A stretch of DNA of 64,000 nucleotides from Podarcis vaucheri (Eukaryota): the NCBI GenBank assembly GCA_965113315.1, contig OZ220379.1; one strand, written 5' to 3'. Both the position numbers and the translations under genes were made by a program. Positions within the stretch are counted from its first letter, which is position 1; the number at the start of each line of letters is the position of its first letter. This document shows, in pieces, positions 13,601 through 28,700 of this stretch. The notes beneath the pieces were generated by a model. That model ran no database searches. It had not been told where the DNA came from and was given only the letters and a program-made list of their open reading frames with translations.

Positions 13601-16600
13601 GGGACTGCACTCCGGATTTGTGTAGGGTTTACCCACAAGCCTTTCCTTCTGAAGATATCCCGCAAAGCAACGGAGGTCCTATCATCTATATGAATATGAT
13701 AATTTCTGCCACTCCACCCCAAAAGAGGAGTTAAAATAGCCTTAGGCTGCAGTCTTAAGTACGCATAGGAGTCAACTACATTGAACACAATGTGGCTTTC
13801 TTCATAGAACACATGTAAAGGATCGAGCTGTTAACAGCTTTATAGGAAAAGTAGCCAAGTAGCTTGATTCGGTTATGAAGCTTACCATTTGAGAAGCAGC
13901 AACTGGATGTAAAAAGAGAGCTGCAACCAGTGTCGGGAGCCAAGCAAGCTTCATATTCTGAACCTGTAGGTACACGTTATCGCTTGAATAGTATTGAAGC
14001 TCAATTTGATGATGAAAAAGAAGTTCACAAAGAGTATCATAGTTGTGATTGCAAAGCCAAGTGAATCAACAGGATTTGTAGAACTGAGTAAAATATGGAA
14101 ATGTAAACTATATATAGTTTGTGCTATGAAATCAGGCCTTTGTCATCTGTCAATGTTCAAGAAATTATTTCACCTAGTGTTCTTTTTTTAAAATAATTTT
14201 TTATTAAAATTTACAATTTAATATTCAACACATTTATCATATTAAAAAAATAGAATAAAACAAAACTCCCCCCCCACCCCGTGACTTCCCTCAACTTCTC
14301 CTTCTGGTTCTTTGACAATTTGCTACTTCTGCTTAAATTTTCTCTTATTTTTCATCTTTCAGCTGAATGCTCTTGCATTCTTATCATTTTTCTACCAAAT
14401 TTTCTTCCAGTTACTTCTTACATTTAATTAATTTCCATATTGTTTCTTAACCTTTACTCTTGTTTTCTTAATTGTAAGTGTTTTACTCAAACCCTGCTAG
14501 TGAGTCCATTTCTTTACAATATTTCTGTAAATACAGCATGAACGATTCCCAGTCTTTTTTAAAGTCTCTTGTCTTTGTCTATTTCACCTAGTGTTCTGAT
14601 ACTTAAAAAAATGACATAGCTGTGATCTGTTGAGGTGTTCTGTAGAAATACAATAAAAATTATCCAAGTACTGGTTTTCTTTCATCAGATGTCTTAATGC
14701 TATCGCTGTAGCTGTTACTAAATATTAAAGAAAGAAACTGCAACAGCTATACAGTACTTCAAATACTTAGAATCTTTCTTCCTGCCCATCCTCCCTCCAG
14801 AGCTCTGAAATGGCGCCACTGATCAAGGCTACACAAGACATGAGCCATATCTATTGTACTGGTGCGAACTGCTTGACCCTTCCCTATAGGGAAAAGTTTG
14901 CAAATCTCAAAAGATAGAGAAAAGCACAGCCGGCAGTATCTAGAAACATTGGAGCACCCAAACAAGTAATATCAATAACCTCGCAAAACCCACACAAAAA
15001 TTGTAGTGTCTCTTGTGAAAACTTTCTCCTTTTAGTCCATGTATATATGTATTAAAATCAAGTAAAATTCTTCAGGAATTAACATTTATTTCTGAAGTGT
15101 TCCATTAAAGGCCCTCCGTTATTTAAGAAGAATAAAACTGGCAGCTTCCCTGTTTAAACTGAGGGGAAACATTTGAAAAATATTTTCCAAGCTTCCAAAG
15201 ATGTCCTCTTGCAAAGCCATCGAGTGAATTCATACAGCTTTGAACCAATATAATATTTAAACTATAATCTTAATAGTTGGATTGTGAAACAATGTATTTT
15301 ATTATACATTTGTTAATAAAACAAACATCTATACGTTTGATAATACTAGCAGTTTACCCAATCACTTACCTTCTTATTTTTTCTCTGGAACATCATATTC
15401 ATGTTTGCGTGTATCCTTGTGGATTAAAAAAAGAAGAGTACAATGTGAACTTCACTTGGCTTCAACCTTTGTACCCTATTAGCAAGCACGTCGTTTAAAA
15501 TAAGGAACTTCAGGATGCCTTTAGCAAAAGATTGACTTGGGTTCATATGTGACTTAATAGACTTGCAGCCAATAAGGAAGTTTTAGAATATGATCAGGTA
15601 TCATGTTTATGACATGAAGTGAGGGCGAAAGAGCAAGTTTACCCACGGTTAGAGTTTCCAATAAAACATGATTGTATTGGAAACAGAGAGCCATGGGTAG
15701 AAGTTTATTTTTTAGTGGGGTACAGTTACCAAACATCAGACAATATAAATATACAAAGTGCATATTAAAAGCGACAGCTAAAAGCCTTTGCAGTTGTTAA
15801 CATGCTGATCAGGGTGGAGGTTAGGTATAAGTTACATTCAAAGAATTAAAAATCACCTTTAACTTGTATATGTCACATGTATCATCAAGTCCAAACCAGT
15901 GAGAGGAGAAGGCACTAAACATTTTGGATCAGTTCTGATTCAGCTGTGACTATAGTTGCTCTGATTCCAGTTTACGCTAACAAAGATTCAGTAACCTATT
16001 TGACACCCGTGTGCCGGTTCATCTCCGGTTCACATGAGAAAGTATAAATATTCATATTACGATAGTGATTTGCCTATGTGATAGAGTGGGTGTGATCATT
16101 GTGATATTGTGCCCTAATCTTCCTATATGATAGTTTTATCTTTCGGCAATGGCTTTGGCTAGATTAAATGAATAAATACAGTTGTACCTCAGAAATCAAA
16201 CGGAATCTGTTCCAGAAGTCTGTTCGACTTCCAAAACATTCAGAAACCAAGGCATGGCTTCCGATTGGCTGCAGGAAGCTCCGGAAGCCAATCAGAAGCC
16301 GCGTTAGACGTTCAGCTTCCAAAGAACATTCGCAAACTGGAACACTCACTTCCAGGTTTGCAGCGTTCGGGTGCCAAAACGTTCGAGTAGCAAGGCATTC
16401 GTCAACCAAGGTACTACTGTAATATGATACTTAATAGAGCAATTCTTTAATGTCTGCTCAGAAGTAAGGCCCATTAACTCCCATGGGGCCCAATCTCAGG
16501 TAAGCCAGTATCCTAAATGTGTTAGAGAGAGAGTGCTAATAGCTGAGAAGGAACACAGGGGAAATACGGCTGATAACGTAATATGGAAAGATGTAGTGTG

Positions 16601-16698
16601 ATGGAAAAAATATGAAGAGCAATTTTTACCAAACTGATCCTGTTGCTCACATCGCTGCTGCTGCTGCTGCTGCTTGCCAGATTGTTTCTTTCTTTATT

Positions 16699-16734
<36 letters not shown>

Positions 16735-19700
16735 TTTAATGCTTTTAATGCCACCCAAACTTGGATACTCAGAGCTTGCAGTTCTGTACAGTGCCATAGG
16801 CCTTACCAACACAGGTATACAGACCGGGATTTCCCCCAGGAAGAATGTGCATGCTTCACTTAGCTCAAAGGTTAGGGAGAAGGTTTCAGTAACAGCTGTA
16901 GAGAGTAGCCAAGCTACTGCATGAGGGTCAGGGCACTCTCACCCTTCCCCTGCCAAGCTGTTTCCCCTCATAATCTTCAATAGTAAATTTCAGCATTAAA
17001 GCTTCCTGCAGCTTCCCAACCGTTAGAGAAGGCACAGTACAAATGTTTTCCGCAAGCCCAACATGTATAACTTCCTTCAAGATAGTGTATCTGAAGAAGT
17101 GTGCATGCACACAGAAGCTCATACCAATAACAAACTTAGTTGGTCTCTAAGGTGCTACTGGAAGGAATTTTTTTTATTTTGTTCCTTCAAGGCAGGAGTT
17201 CATGTGCTCAAGCTAGCCTTATTTACATAAGCACTGGCGCACGACAGAGGGAGGGGTCAGACTCACACCCACAATCCCCACTCCTACCCTCTTCAGTTCT
17301 CTCTCTTTCTGAGATCTAGTATCTTGCAAAATGCAAATTAAATGGAGAAGGCTTATGCCCCTACAAAGTGTGCCTGTGGGCTCTGTTCAGAAGCTTAATG
17401 CAGAAAAGGGTTGGAAGCCGAGATGGTGAGCATAAACCTGGATCCCCTTTGACACATTCACTGGGCTTGCACTCTTTATAAAGATTTGAGGATTGATATT
17501 ATTGCCCCTCTATTATTGTGCATGCCGAGTTGTTCAACCATTGCCACTGTGTCCTTTCTTTTAGCAGATCAATATGATCAGATGACAGCAAAAATTGCAA
17601 TGTTTTTAGCGGGGCAATTGATGTAAACCCCCAAAATGTATTTTCTATAGTTAAGTTTTTACCTCTTTCTTCAGTACATTTTATTGCATTGCATTGCTGT
17701 GGCTAGTAAAGGTAAAGGGGACCCCTGACCATTAGGTCCAGTTGTGACCGACTCTGGGGTTGCGGTGCTCATTTCGCTTTATTGGCTGAGGGAGCCGACG
17801 TACAGCTCATGTGGCCAGCATGACTAAGCCACTTCTGGCAAACCAGGGCAGCACACGGAAACACCGTTTACCTTCCCGCTGGAGTGGTACCTATTTATCT
17901 ACTTGCACTTTGACGTGCTTTCAAACTGCTAGGTTGGCAGGAGCAGGGACCGAGCAACGGGAGCTCACCGCATCGTGGGGATTTGAACCGCCGACCTTCT
18001 GATTGGCAAGCCCTGGACTCTGTGGTTTAATCCACAGCACCACACGCATCCCATGCTGTGGCTACTTCTGTGGCTAGTAGCTGATGCAAATAAAGATGCT
18101 TCTGATTCATTCACTGGTCATGTGAATTGGACTGTTGTTTGGGACCAGAGAGTGTACTGGTCTAAAATGCCATATATATAAAATCAGTGACCTGTTGTTT
18201 GTTGTGGTGATGGTTCTGTTCTGGTTTGAGCTTGAACAAAATCTTTTAATTGATGATTGAGCTTCTCATCTATTTGTGGGGCAGGGAGCAAAGTAAGCAT
18301 TTGATTCAGATTTAGTTTAACTCTGACACTTTGGTTTTGATCAGCCTACAGGCTAAATAGGAAAGTACTTATGCTTTTCCTCCCTGGAATTTTTCAGCAG
18401 ATGGGAGTTGAAGTAATTTCCTTGTTTCTGGTACTCATCTGGTAGTAACAGATGAGAAAATGGGCAGTGGTTAGGAGAAAGGGAAATGGTGTTCTCTCCA
18501 TGTTTCTTTAGCACCTGTCAGAACCAAATGCTAGCAGAGCAAGCTGAGTACTTCTGTGTAAATCAGAGATTTGAATAACCTTTTTTAAAAAATGAAACAG
18601 ATTTACAAAATATTTGCTTTTGTGATGCAGCAAAGAAAATCTCATTCAAGCTGTGGAAGATGACATCCAGCAGGAAAAGCAGGCAGCGGAAAACATAGTC
18701 AAAAATATGTCTGAAGAGGATCAAGCTAAATACATGGAGATGAAAGTGGCAAATGAAAAGCTCTTGCAGGTGACGCTTTCATGTCTGAACTACATCTTGA
18801 TGAGCCCCAGCACAATCAATAAAGCATTGATAAATGAAAAAGAACTCCTGTAGCGGAAATCCAACAGCGGCAATCCTAAAGCTGAAATCCTTTTATGTAG
18901 GATAGCATGATCTTGACTAAGCTGTCAACTCCCCATATTTTTTGGAGGGGTCCATTTTCTATGCACGTAGCCTCTAGTAGCTTTCATTAACCAAATGCCC
19001 CGGTCCTGCTTTCCAAACACAGTGTGTTCCTAGGAAATTGTTCGTTAGGCGAGCTTTCGCTTTATGAGCTGGTGATTTCCAGTATTTCCTATATGAACAT
19101 TTCTGTTCCATGATTTGTCCTTTCTCTCCCTCCCTCTTCCACTGCCTCCTGCTGTTTGACCAAACTGGCAGTGGAAGACAGGAGTGCTTGGCGTGCTCTG
19201 GTCCTTGGGCTCACGAAGAGTCGGACACTACTCATTGACTAAACAACTCTCCCTCCTTGGTTTCTGCCTGAGACTACTGCCAAACAAAAGAAAAACCGAA
19301 TTGTCTGATCCTTCCTGCTCCCTCATTTGTCTGATCTTTTCTGCTCCTTGGTGTGCCCTATCTCTGTCCCTCACTCCATGGTTTCTGCCCAAAATGCTGC
19401 CACTGCCAAGATAAACACAAGGAACTGGACAAACTCCAGCTGTTTGGATATCTGAACCAGTCTTTCATTTAGCAAAGGTTGGGTATAACTAATTGTGTTC
19501 AGGTAACAGATTTCTGGTAATGAATATTCCAGTAGCAGGACCTGCATACTAATTTATTTTACTCTTGTAGGAATTGTGTGCTTTACAGCAAGAACTGGAT
19601 GCTATGAATATAAAAGAACAGTCTCTAGATGCTGTATGTATGACATTAAATTCTTCTCTTCAATTACAAAATGGTTGAAATTGGAGGGTGTTTAAAATTT

Positions 19701-22700
19701 TGTTAATGAGAAAACAAAAGCTGGCATGAGTTGTTGGTTTTTTGTTTTTGCTGTACCATTAAGAAAATATGGCCAAAATCCCATGATAGCCTATTGATTT
19801 ATTTGGACACTGATATCAATTAATGCTTGTAATCGAGCCATGGGCTTTGTTACTCAGTGGTTGTAGGCTTTTTATTTTTAGTTCTCTACTCAGTTTTATC
19901 CAGGATGTATAGTTTTGTTTTTATCAAGTTTTAAAGGGCATTTTATTGAATACTATTGTTCGTATTTATATGGGTGTGTTTTTTTGCAAACAGTATTCAG
20001 GGATATATATTTCTTTATAAACAAATCATAAATAAATTGTTACCTGGCAATTTCAACACATGAGCACTTTTGGTTGATGTACAAAAATTCTTAACAGATC
20101 ACTTACATGACTTTATTCACAACATTTTTCATCACTTTAGTAATGAAGTTTATCTCTTCAGGAAATAGCACACTCCCAGGTTAAACAGGAGGCTCTGCAA
20201 CTGTATGAAAAGCTTCATGGCCTTGAGGAACATCGGAATCAAATGATGGCAGAGGACAAAAGTATGGGCTCGCCACAGGAGGAGAGAGAGAGATTGCTAA
20301 AACAGGTATGTAGAGTGCTAAAACAGACAGAAATGAAGAGATTTTGCAAACAAAGGGCAGTTGAAAAGTGAAAACTGGGAGGTCAAATAAGCACCTCTGT
20401 CCAAACCACCAACTATTGATAATGACGCTAGAAACAGAACTGACAGACGTCATTTATTATTATTAAGTGGTCTCCATTTTTAGCATAACCGAGTAATTTT
20501 AAAAAAAATCTTTATTGCATTTTTTAAAATTCCAGAGAAAATAATAAATCAAACATCCGAATATACAGAAAGAAAAAGGAATTTTTTTGCAGGGACCAAC
20601 CATCTTTAGTTTTCCATTGTTATTTAATGATTATATATTTTTTTCTTTTTTTAAAGGTGAAGGAAGACAACCAAGAAATAGCAAGCATGGAGAGACAGTG
20701 AGTGCTGTTCCATTTTGTTCTTTTAGACCCTGGTTCTGAATATAAATGCAATTCTCTTATCTATTTCTGCAAAGCTGCTCAACTCATATAACCAGTTTGT
20801 ATAGTGCAGCTGCTTATAGACTATATAAAGAAACAGACCTTGTGTTTTTTGAATGCCTCACAAAACACTTCTAGTTACAACGTATTTTGAGATATGATCT
20901 ATTTGGGATGACTTGAACTGTTACTAAAGTGCTAAAAGCAAGTAGTATGTAAAGCCAAAGATTGTATTTACTCAACCAAGTTTCCCCCCATATCTACATG
21001 TTCATCTCGTGGCAATTTACCTCATTCCAAGGGAATTTTGGCAGAAAGGAGCTTAGGCAGGGTGGAAGATTTCCAGGGTTCTTAAACATACCGAAAACCT
21101 CTGCAGGCATAGAAGAGAAGTAGACCTCATATAGTCATCCCCTTCATGTGTTTTCTGTCCCTTGTTCATAATGGCTAAAGCTGGCTGAATCAGGCATCCC
21201 CAAACTCGGCCCTCCAGATGTTTTGGGACAACAATTCTCATCATCCCTGACCACTGGTCCTGTTAGCTAGGGATGATGGGAGTTGTAGTCCCAAAACATC
21301 TGGAGGGCTGAGTTTGGGGATGCCTGGCTTTAATGACAATTGTGCATTCTTCTATTATAGCAAACAGTGAAATCCTATATATGTCTGCCCCATTGATTTC
21401 AGTGGGACTTACTCCCAGTAGGTGAATTAGTATAGGCTTGCAATCCAAGTCATTATTATAATGCTGATTAACCAGCAGGTGGACCCATTTGTTAAGTTAA
21501 ACAAGGCGAGATCGCTCCTTTGGGATAATCAAGTTTCTGTTTAAAGTTAAATACATTGAGTCAGTGCTGGAATGCTAAGAACCTAAGAGATGTTAGGGAA
21601 AGAAACTAAAAGATGTTGGAGTTTTACATTTGTTAACTTCACTCACCTTGCTATTTCCCTTCCAGAAAATGCCTGCTAAATGCTGTACTTTTTCAGTTTT
21701 CATCATTTAGTTTTTGCATGTTTTTAGGCTGACAGACATAAAAGAAAAAATCAACCAACTTAACGAAGGAATACGGCAGCTTGACATGGATTTAGAGGAG
21801 CAGCAAGGTAAAATAGACAGGACCTGATAACCTGCTTTTAAAAAACATTTTTAGGAGGGTATTCAACTCAGTTTTACTCAGAACAGGCTGATTGAAATGA
21901 ATGGACATAAATAAGTTAGGTCTATTATTTTCAATAGGTCTACTCTAAATAAACTTTATTTCATAAAAAATTATATACTGTTTGATAGTTTAAAAAGCCC
22001 TGAAATCAAAATGAACAAAACAATAAAAATATTAGTCAAAGCAGTTAAAACATTCAGAAAATTTAAACCAGCAATAAACTAAAAGCACATCAACATTCTA
22101 GGTATCCAGGTAAGCTTGTCTGAACAAAAATGTTTTTAGCAGGTGTCAAAAATGGTACGATGAAGGTGTCTGTCTGATATCAATGGTCAGGGAGTTCCAA
22201 AATGTAGATGCCATCTTGTTTAGTTTTTCTTCCATGTAGTAGATCTGATTCAGAAGTGAATTTGTGATTTCCCCATTCATTTATGATCTCTGGATTGAGG
22301 GTACTGAAGATCCGTGCACACAAAAATCTGCTGTTGGCAGGAAGGTTTCTTTGTGTTTTGAAGGACCTCAGGGGGTGAGAATAGTGAGCAAAGATAACAT
22401 GATGTTGTTTTTCGTAGTCAGGGTAATGTGTACTCTGTACCAGGATAGGCCAGTTCCTTTACTAAGTCCAGTCCAAGTTCTGTGATACAAATCAGTTTTG
22501 CAAATGGAACAAGTACAGTGGTACCTCGGGTTAAGTACTTAATTCGTTCCGGAGGTCCGTACTTAACCTGAAACTGTTCTTAACCTGAAGCACCACTTTA
22601 GCTAATGGGGCCTCCTGCTGCTGCGCCGCCGGAGCACGATTTCTGTTCTCATCCTGAAGCAAAGTTCTTAACCTGAAGCACTATTTCTGCGTTAGCAGAG

Positions 22701-25700
22701 TCTGTAACCTGAAGCGTATGTAACCCGAGGTACCACTGTATGCACATACTTCCTTATTTTGCATAGTATTCTTTCCAAGAATGGCTGCTTACCCAGACTG
22801 GGGTGGGTGGCAGTTGTGCCCTGTTGCCATCAGCTCCGCAACCACCGGAGCAGCAGCCACCAGGTTGCTGGCTGTTAGAAAATCTCCGGGGCCAGCTCCC
22901 ACCTCATCACTGTCATTTGACTTTGGCCAATCCAGCTGAGCCTGTGGGGCAGGGCATGCGGGAGCAGACTAGACTGTTGCAGTCTTCACTCTGGCCTGCT
23001 ACCACCCCATATCTAAGCAACAGTCCAGACTTCAGCAAGAACAGCAGTATTCTGTTGGCACAGACGGGGTTAGTGTTTTCACTACAGAATGCAAGGTTTA
23101 CGGATGATGATGATGATGATGATACCCCACCCATCTGGCTGGGTTTCCCTATCTACTCTGGGCAGCTTCCAGCAAAATATGAAGACATAATACAGGACCA
23201 TTTGTAGAATGTGTATATATGCTTCTCTGAGTACGTATATATTATTGAGCCCTAGTATCACATATAAGATCATGAGAAAAAATATTTGAGATGTAGACAA
23301 TTGTTAATTTAGCCTGAATATATCCAAAGGGTCTTATTCCTAGTTCCTGCTAATCACTACTCTGTTAAGGAACTTAAATAGTATTGTTCTTTCTTGATTG
23401 CAAACTAGGTACTCCCATCACTGCTTGTTTTGGTCTCTCCGTTTTCAATTAATAGTAACAATTTTTTCATTCTGCTTTTATCCTTTTTTCTTTGCATATT
23501 GCTTTTGCATTATTTTCTTGTATCATTTGGATGACTATAGACGGTAAGAAATAGATTGCTTTGGTGGTAGCTTAGCAAAAACAGCACTCTCCGCTTTTAC
23601 ATGAGTCTGTTTTGTTTTTTGTGGTAAGAGTAATAAAACAAAGAAGTAGAAATATTCTCTAGATTTTTTAAAATGAGTCCAGGAGTATATTCATGGACTC
23701 TGAGAAGTGGGCTAGACTTTTTCAGGGCACTTCTGGTAAGTTTTCCTGTATCATGAAAGGGAGAGTCAGCCAGGAACAGGCTCACAGCTGCAAGGAAGTT
23801 CAAGGAAAATCATGGTCCCTTGGGGCCAGTTACATATGTTTATAATTTGTATATGTTAGATATGAAGGAAAGCTGAAGGGATGTCGATACAATACTATTG
23901 GGGAGGAAAGAAGATGTTGGAATTCTTGACTCTAAATATATCTATATTTAGCTTATCCTTTCAAAATTTTTGCTTATGAAACACAAGACATCCACTGGAA
24001 TAATTTTTATATATTTTAAAGACTGAATTAACCCCATTAAAATACAAACAAAGTATACAAGGTACTCCCTCTATCTCAAGCACTGAATATTTGCTTTAAA
24101 TCAGATTTCCATACATGGATTTTGGTCAGCTCCTAAATGAACAAGATTCATTGAAACAGGTCAAGGAACAAAAGGTATAGGAATGGATTGCATGCGGTAC
24201 TAGTTGAAAGATGCTTGCACAAAGGGTATTTCCCATACCAGCTACTCACTGCAGCCCCTGTGCCTCCCTAAAGCCTCTTGGGATGTGATATGAGAGGTTG
24301 TAGTAAAAGGGAGAAATGGAAAATCAAACAGAGACAGTTTGAGCTGTGCGTTCCTCTGAGTTCAGTAGGTTTTAGCTCCAAGTAAATGAGAAGATCGCAG
24401 TCTTAAATTATTAACTGTTTAATTTTAAAATGGCATTTTTGTAGGTGAGAAGAATCTGAAATACAAGGAGTTGAAGAAAAGAGAAGAAAGCATGGACAGT
24501 AAGTAGTTTCAAATGTATGTTGAGTTGCATTGTCAAAATGAAGGCATCTCTTAATGCACATTTCATTTGCATTAATAGCTTTTGGTCACCTGGCATGATC
24601 GCTGTTCTTAATTTAGCAACCTTAGCCAAAGACATTTCCCCACATAGCCACTGGCTTTGCAGCAGTGTATAGAGCAGGCATGGCCAAACTTGCCTCCAGC
24701 TGTTTTGGGACTACAACTCCCATCATCCCTAGCTAACAGGACCAGTGGTCAGGGATGATGGGAACTGTAGTCCAAAAACAGCTAGAGGGCCAAGTTTGGC
24801 CATGCCTGGTATAGAGCAATAATTGATTGCTATTTCAGGCATTCAAATTATCAGTCAAGACATTTTTTTAAGTTCCGTATGGCCTTCTTAAGCTGCTTTT
24901 GTATAAGGATGCATCTGTAGATTTTGCTTTTGTCAGGAGACTATCCTCAGAGGAGAACTAGATAAGGAAGGCGTTTTGTGCACCTTTAACAGTGCTCAGT
25001 TGACTTAAAAGCTGCCTTCAGCATGCAGGAACTCTGATGTAGATTTGGAGCTGCCATGCATGCATGAATCAGAGCAGGGGTCGGCAACCTATGGGCCACA
25101 AGTGGCCTACAGGGGTCGTTTAACCGGCCCATGAGCCAAGCCTCCCCTCGCTGCGCTAAACCGGCGTGGGGACTCGCTTCCGCAACACAGGAAATTGCAG
25201 GCATGCGCGCGATCTGACCCACACAGGGATCTCCGCTGGAGTGAACCAGCCCAGGCGAGGTAAACCTTGCCAATTCCTGAGTCAGAGCTTCCCTCTTTGG
25301 ACAAATGTCCACTGCACCCACACAGCCGCCTTCTCCACATTGGAAAGTTTTGCTCCTGGGAGGATGACATACCGTATTTTTCGCTCCATAAGACGCACCT
25401 AGTTTTTGGAGGAGGAAAGCAAGAAGAAAAAAATATTCTGAATCGCAGAAGCCAGAACAGGAAGAGGGATCTGGCTTCTGGGATGGCCTCTTGCTGTCCT
25501 GGCTTATGGGATAGCCGCACGCAGCTTCTCCCAGGCAGGGGGATGAAGGCTCCCCCTACCCGGAAGTGGCTGCACATGGCTAAGGCAGAAGGCTCCCCTA
25601 AGAGCCGTGGTCCCTTTCAAGAGCGTGCGGAGCGTGTGTGCGGCTCTTGGGGGCTTTTCCCCAAGGAGGAAGAAGGGCAGCCCCTCTCCCTCCTCGGGGA

Positions 25701-28700
25701 AAAGCCCCCATGCGCTCCATGTGGCTCTTAAAGGGAGCGCTGAGCAGAGCCTCCTGCCTGCATTCACTCCATAAGACGCACACATATTTCCCCTTTTTAG
25801 GAGGGGAAAAGTGCGTCTTATAGAGCAAAAAATACGGTATATGCACCGGAAGTAAACTATGCATCATGTTAATGGTAGTCTTAGAGTTCTGCAGGGCTCT
25901 AATGGAGCGCTTCAGCAGTGGCACAAGAGGCGGACGGGCAGAGCGGCAGCACTGACCTTGTGGCATTGGGACCACTGCAGTTCCCCCCAGGGCACAGCAA
26001 TTGGCCTCCCGGCATCAGCACTGTTTCAGCTCACTGGAGCCAGGGCAGTGACACGGTTGGAGGAGGTCCAGGCTGGTAGCATTGATGTCCCACAAGGGTA
26101 CTTCTTTGCAAGTGTAAAACATTTTCTGATGCATAGAAGAGAATAAGAGGGCAGCTTTTTATGTGGCTCTTCATGTGAGCTTTGACTGTCCTGTCATTGG
26201 TTGATCACCACATCGATATTAAAAGGTGAATAAAAGGCTGCAAAAACCAGCTCACATTCTAGATATTCCTTACAGATAAAATTTCTTGGTTCCATTTAAA
26301 TTGCTTTAAGATATTTGTTTATATATATTTTTAATTGCTTTTAAATTCAGAATCCTTATAGCTATAAGTCACATTTCAGGACTTTTCTGCTTTTCCTTTT
26401 ATAAGCAGCAGCCTCCCTTATCTTGTTTTTCAATCTTTAGACTTTCTTGAATCTTTTGAAGAGGCAAAGAACCAGGAACTAGAACGGAAAACACAGATAG
26501 AGGCCAGTATTGTGGCAATTTTAGAGCATTCAAGCAGGGTGAGTGGCTTTGGCTCCAATCATAAGCTTGGAAGTAAGTTCCGTTGACTCTGCTGTGATTT
26601 TCATTTTACTTTTATTGATTTTTATGTAAACAAATCCAAATGAAAGCAAACTAGAACCAAAGAAAATAACAAATAACCAACTTATTTTAGGCATTTCACT
26701 GGGAACACTTACCCAAAAAGTACATCATGTCAATCCAAGAGCATTAAATCACTTACTATTTACCATCTTTGCAATGATACCAAAGGAAAAGCATAATCTT
26801 CCTCACAGGTAATCCTATTTTCAAAGGAAAAGAGGACGAACAAGTAAAAATTATTAGGTTGGTGTGTGGAGTCTGATGGTGTTTTTCATTTTATTTGTGT
26901 AGAATTCACTAGGATTTTTCTGCTACGTAAATGTGGCTAGGATAACATTTTTAATCCTTTTTTCATAAGAATACACATTTATTCCTTACTTTAGAATAAA
27001 GATGAAGAGATACCAATCACAATTATTAGTACTTTCCAAATAATCTAATTGTTTGGTGATAATTTAATTAGTTGCTTTTATTCTCCAGAAAGCATATCAA
27101 GTTGAAGCTTACAGGGGTTGCTTGACATATAAAAAGTTTACAAGTATGGCATTAACATGTGAGAGGGGAGAGAGAGAGAGAGTAGCATACTACCTTCCTG
27201 ACCCCTCTTATTCTTGGGGCCAGTGCAAAGATAACACAGATTTCCTGTTAACTGCAGTTAACAAATGAATAGTTAGCTTTGGAAATGTATGCTCCCTAAC
27301 CTCATTTCAATCTTTCCCTTCTGTCTTATTTCAGACCCTGAAACCCATTAGAAATCATTGTTTCGGATCCTAGTTAAGAGAATCCTGCTTAACCATAACT
27401 TTGGTTAACATTGATACCAGAACGTCACTTAACTTGGTATAGCATTGGGGGGGGGATCTGCTTCAGAATGAAGAGGGGTTTGGTTCCCAAGGCTGGCTCC
27501 TGTTTTGTTTTTTGTTTTTAATCACAATTTAGGGAGAGCCATTATTGCATCTTTTTCTTCCTGCAAACCCCACCCTCCTTCACAAACAGAACCACCCTTG
27601 TTTCTTCTGCCGACACCTCAGTCTTTAATTGCACTAATAAACCTTTTATGGCAACGAGAAGAAGCAAAACATTTCATAGTTTACTTCTATCACATATGGC
27701 ACTAAAACTAGGCAGATGTAGTTACTTATGCTCTTTCTAGCTTAAAGTACAGTACAAACTGCACCTAGAATCATTCCCTGTTTATATAACCTCATATGTT
27801 CTTATTTTGTCTAGTGTATCAAATCCCCCCCCCCCAAGTCACGACAATTTAAGTCGATAAAACTATTATTTTAACATTATTACACCTTTGGCTACATTAA
27901 CTAAGCTTGGTTCTCATGTGGATATGTTCATTGTTCTGTTGCCTTTTTTTCTTTAAAGAAAATGTCATTGTAATGGCTTTTATGTGCAACTTTCATGGCT
28001 TCAGCTTTTGTCACTCAAGGCTGCTTCATGGAGGAACAAGCATTTTCACTTTTTAAATACTGCATGCCACAGTAAAAACAACTTAATTTACACTGCGGCT
28101 CCTGCTTATGAAACCAGGATCTGATTGTCACATTCACAATTTGGAGTTGAGTTGCCCTGGCTTTGGAAAGCAAGGTATTCCTTAGCATGTGAAGGGAAAA
28201 CATTTAATGGGAGCAAAAACTATCCTCACTTGAACTTCCCCAAATTGCACCTCTCACCTTTTGTTCACCCTTGGCCCTGTTTCCCCAATTGTAGGTGAGA
28301 CAATACAATGGTCTGTAAAACTACAACATTCTACTTTTTATAAATGAACTCCAAACAGCTAAAATATTTTTCCTAATGGGATTTGCTGTAGCTGACTTCA
28401 GTAGTATGGAAAAACACCAACCATTCTCATTGTTAAGCCACCAGTTGTAGCAGTGTATTTGGGGTGTGTCATCTTCCACTACTCTTCTTTAATCCCGCAG
28501 AATGTAAATCGCATGAAACAGATATCTTCTGTAACAAACCAAGAGCTGAAAATCATGCAGGAAGATCTCACTTTCAAGTCAAGTGAAATGCAGAAATCAC
28601 AGAGTACTGCGAAAAACCTGGGAACAGGTATGGCAAGCAAAGTGTACATTGTATTTATTTACAAATTTCTCTCCCACCTTCTAGTGCAAAAAAATGGCCT

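Noticed and set aside
15411-15419. Second U12-like donor GTATCCTTG on the + strand
   Set aside because: No IFT74 exon is missing and no upstream exon fits; probably chance.
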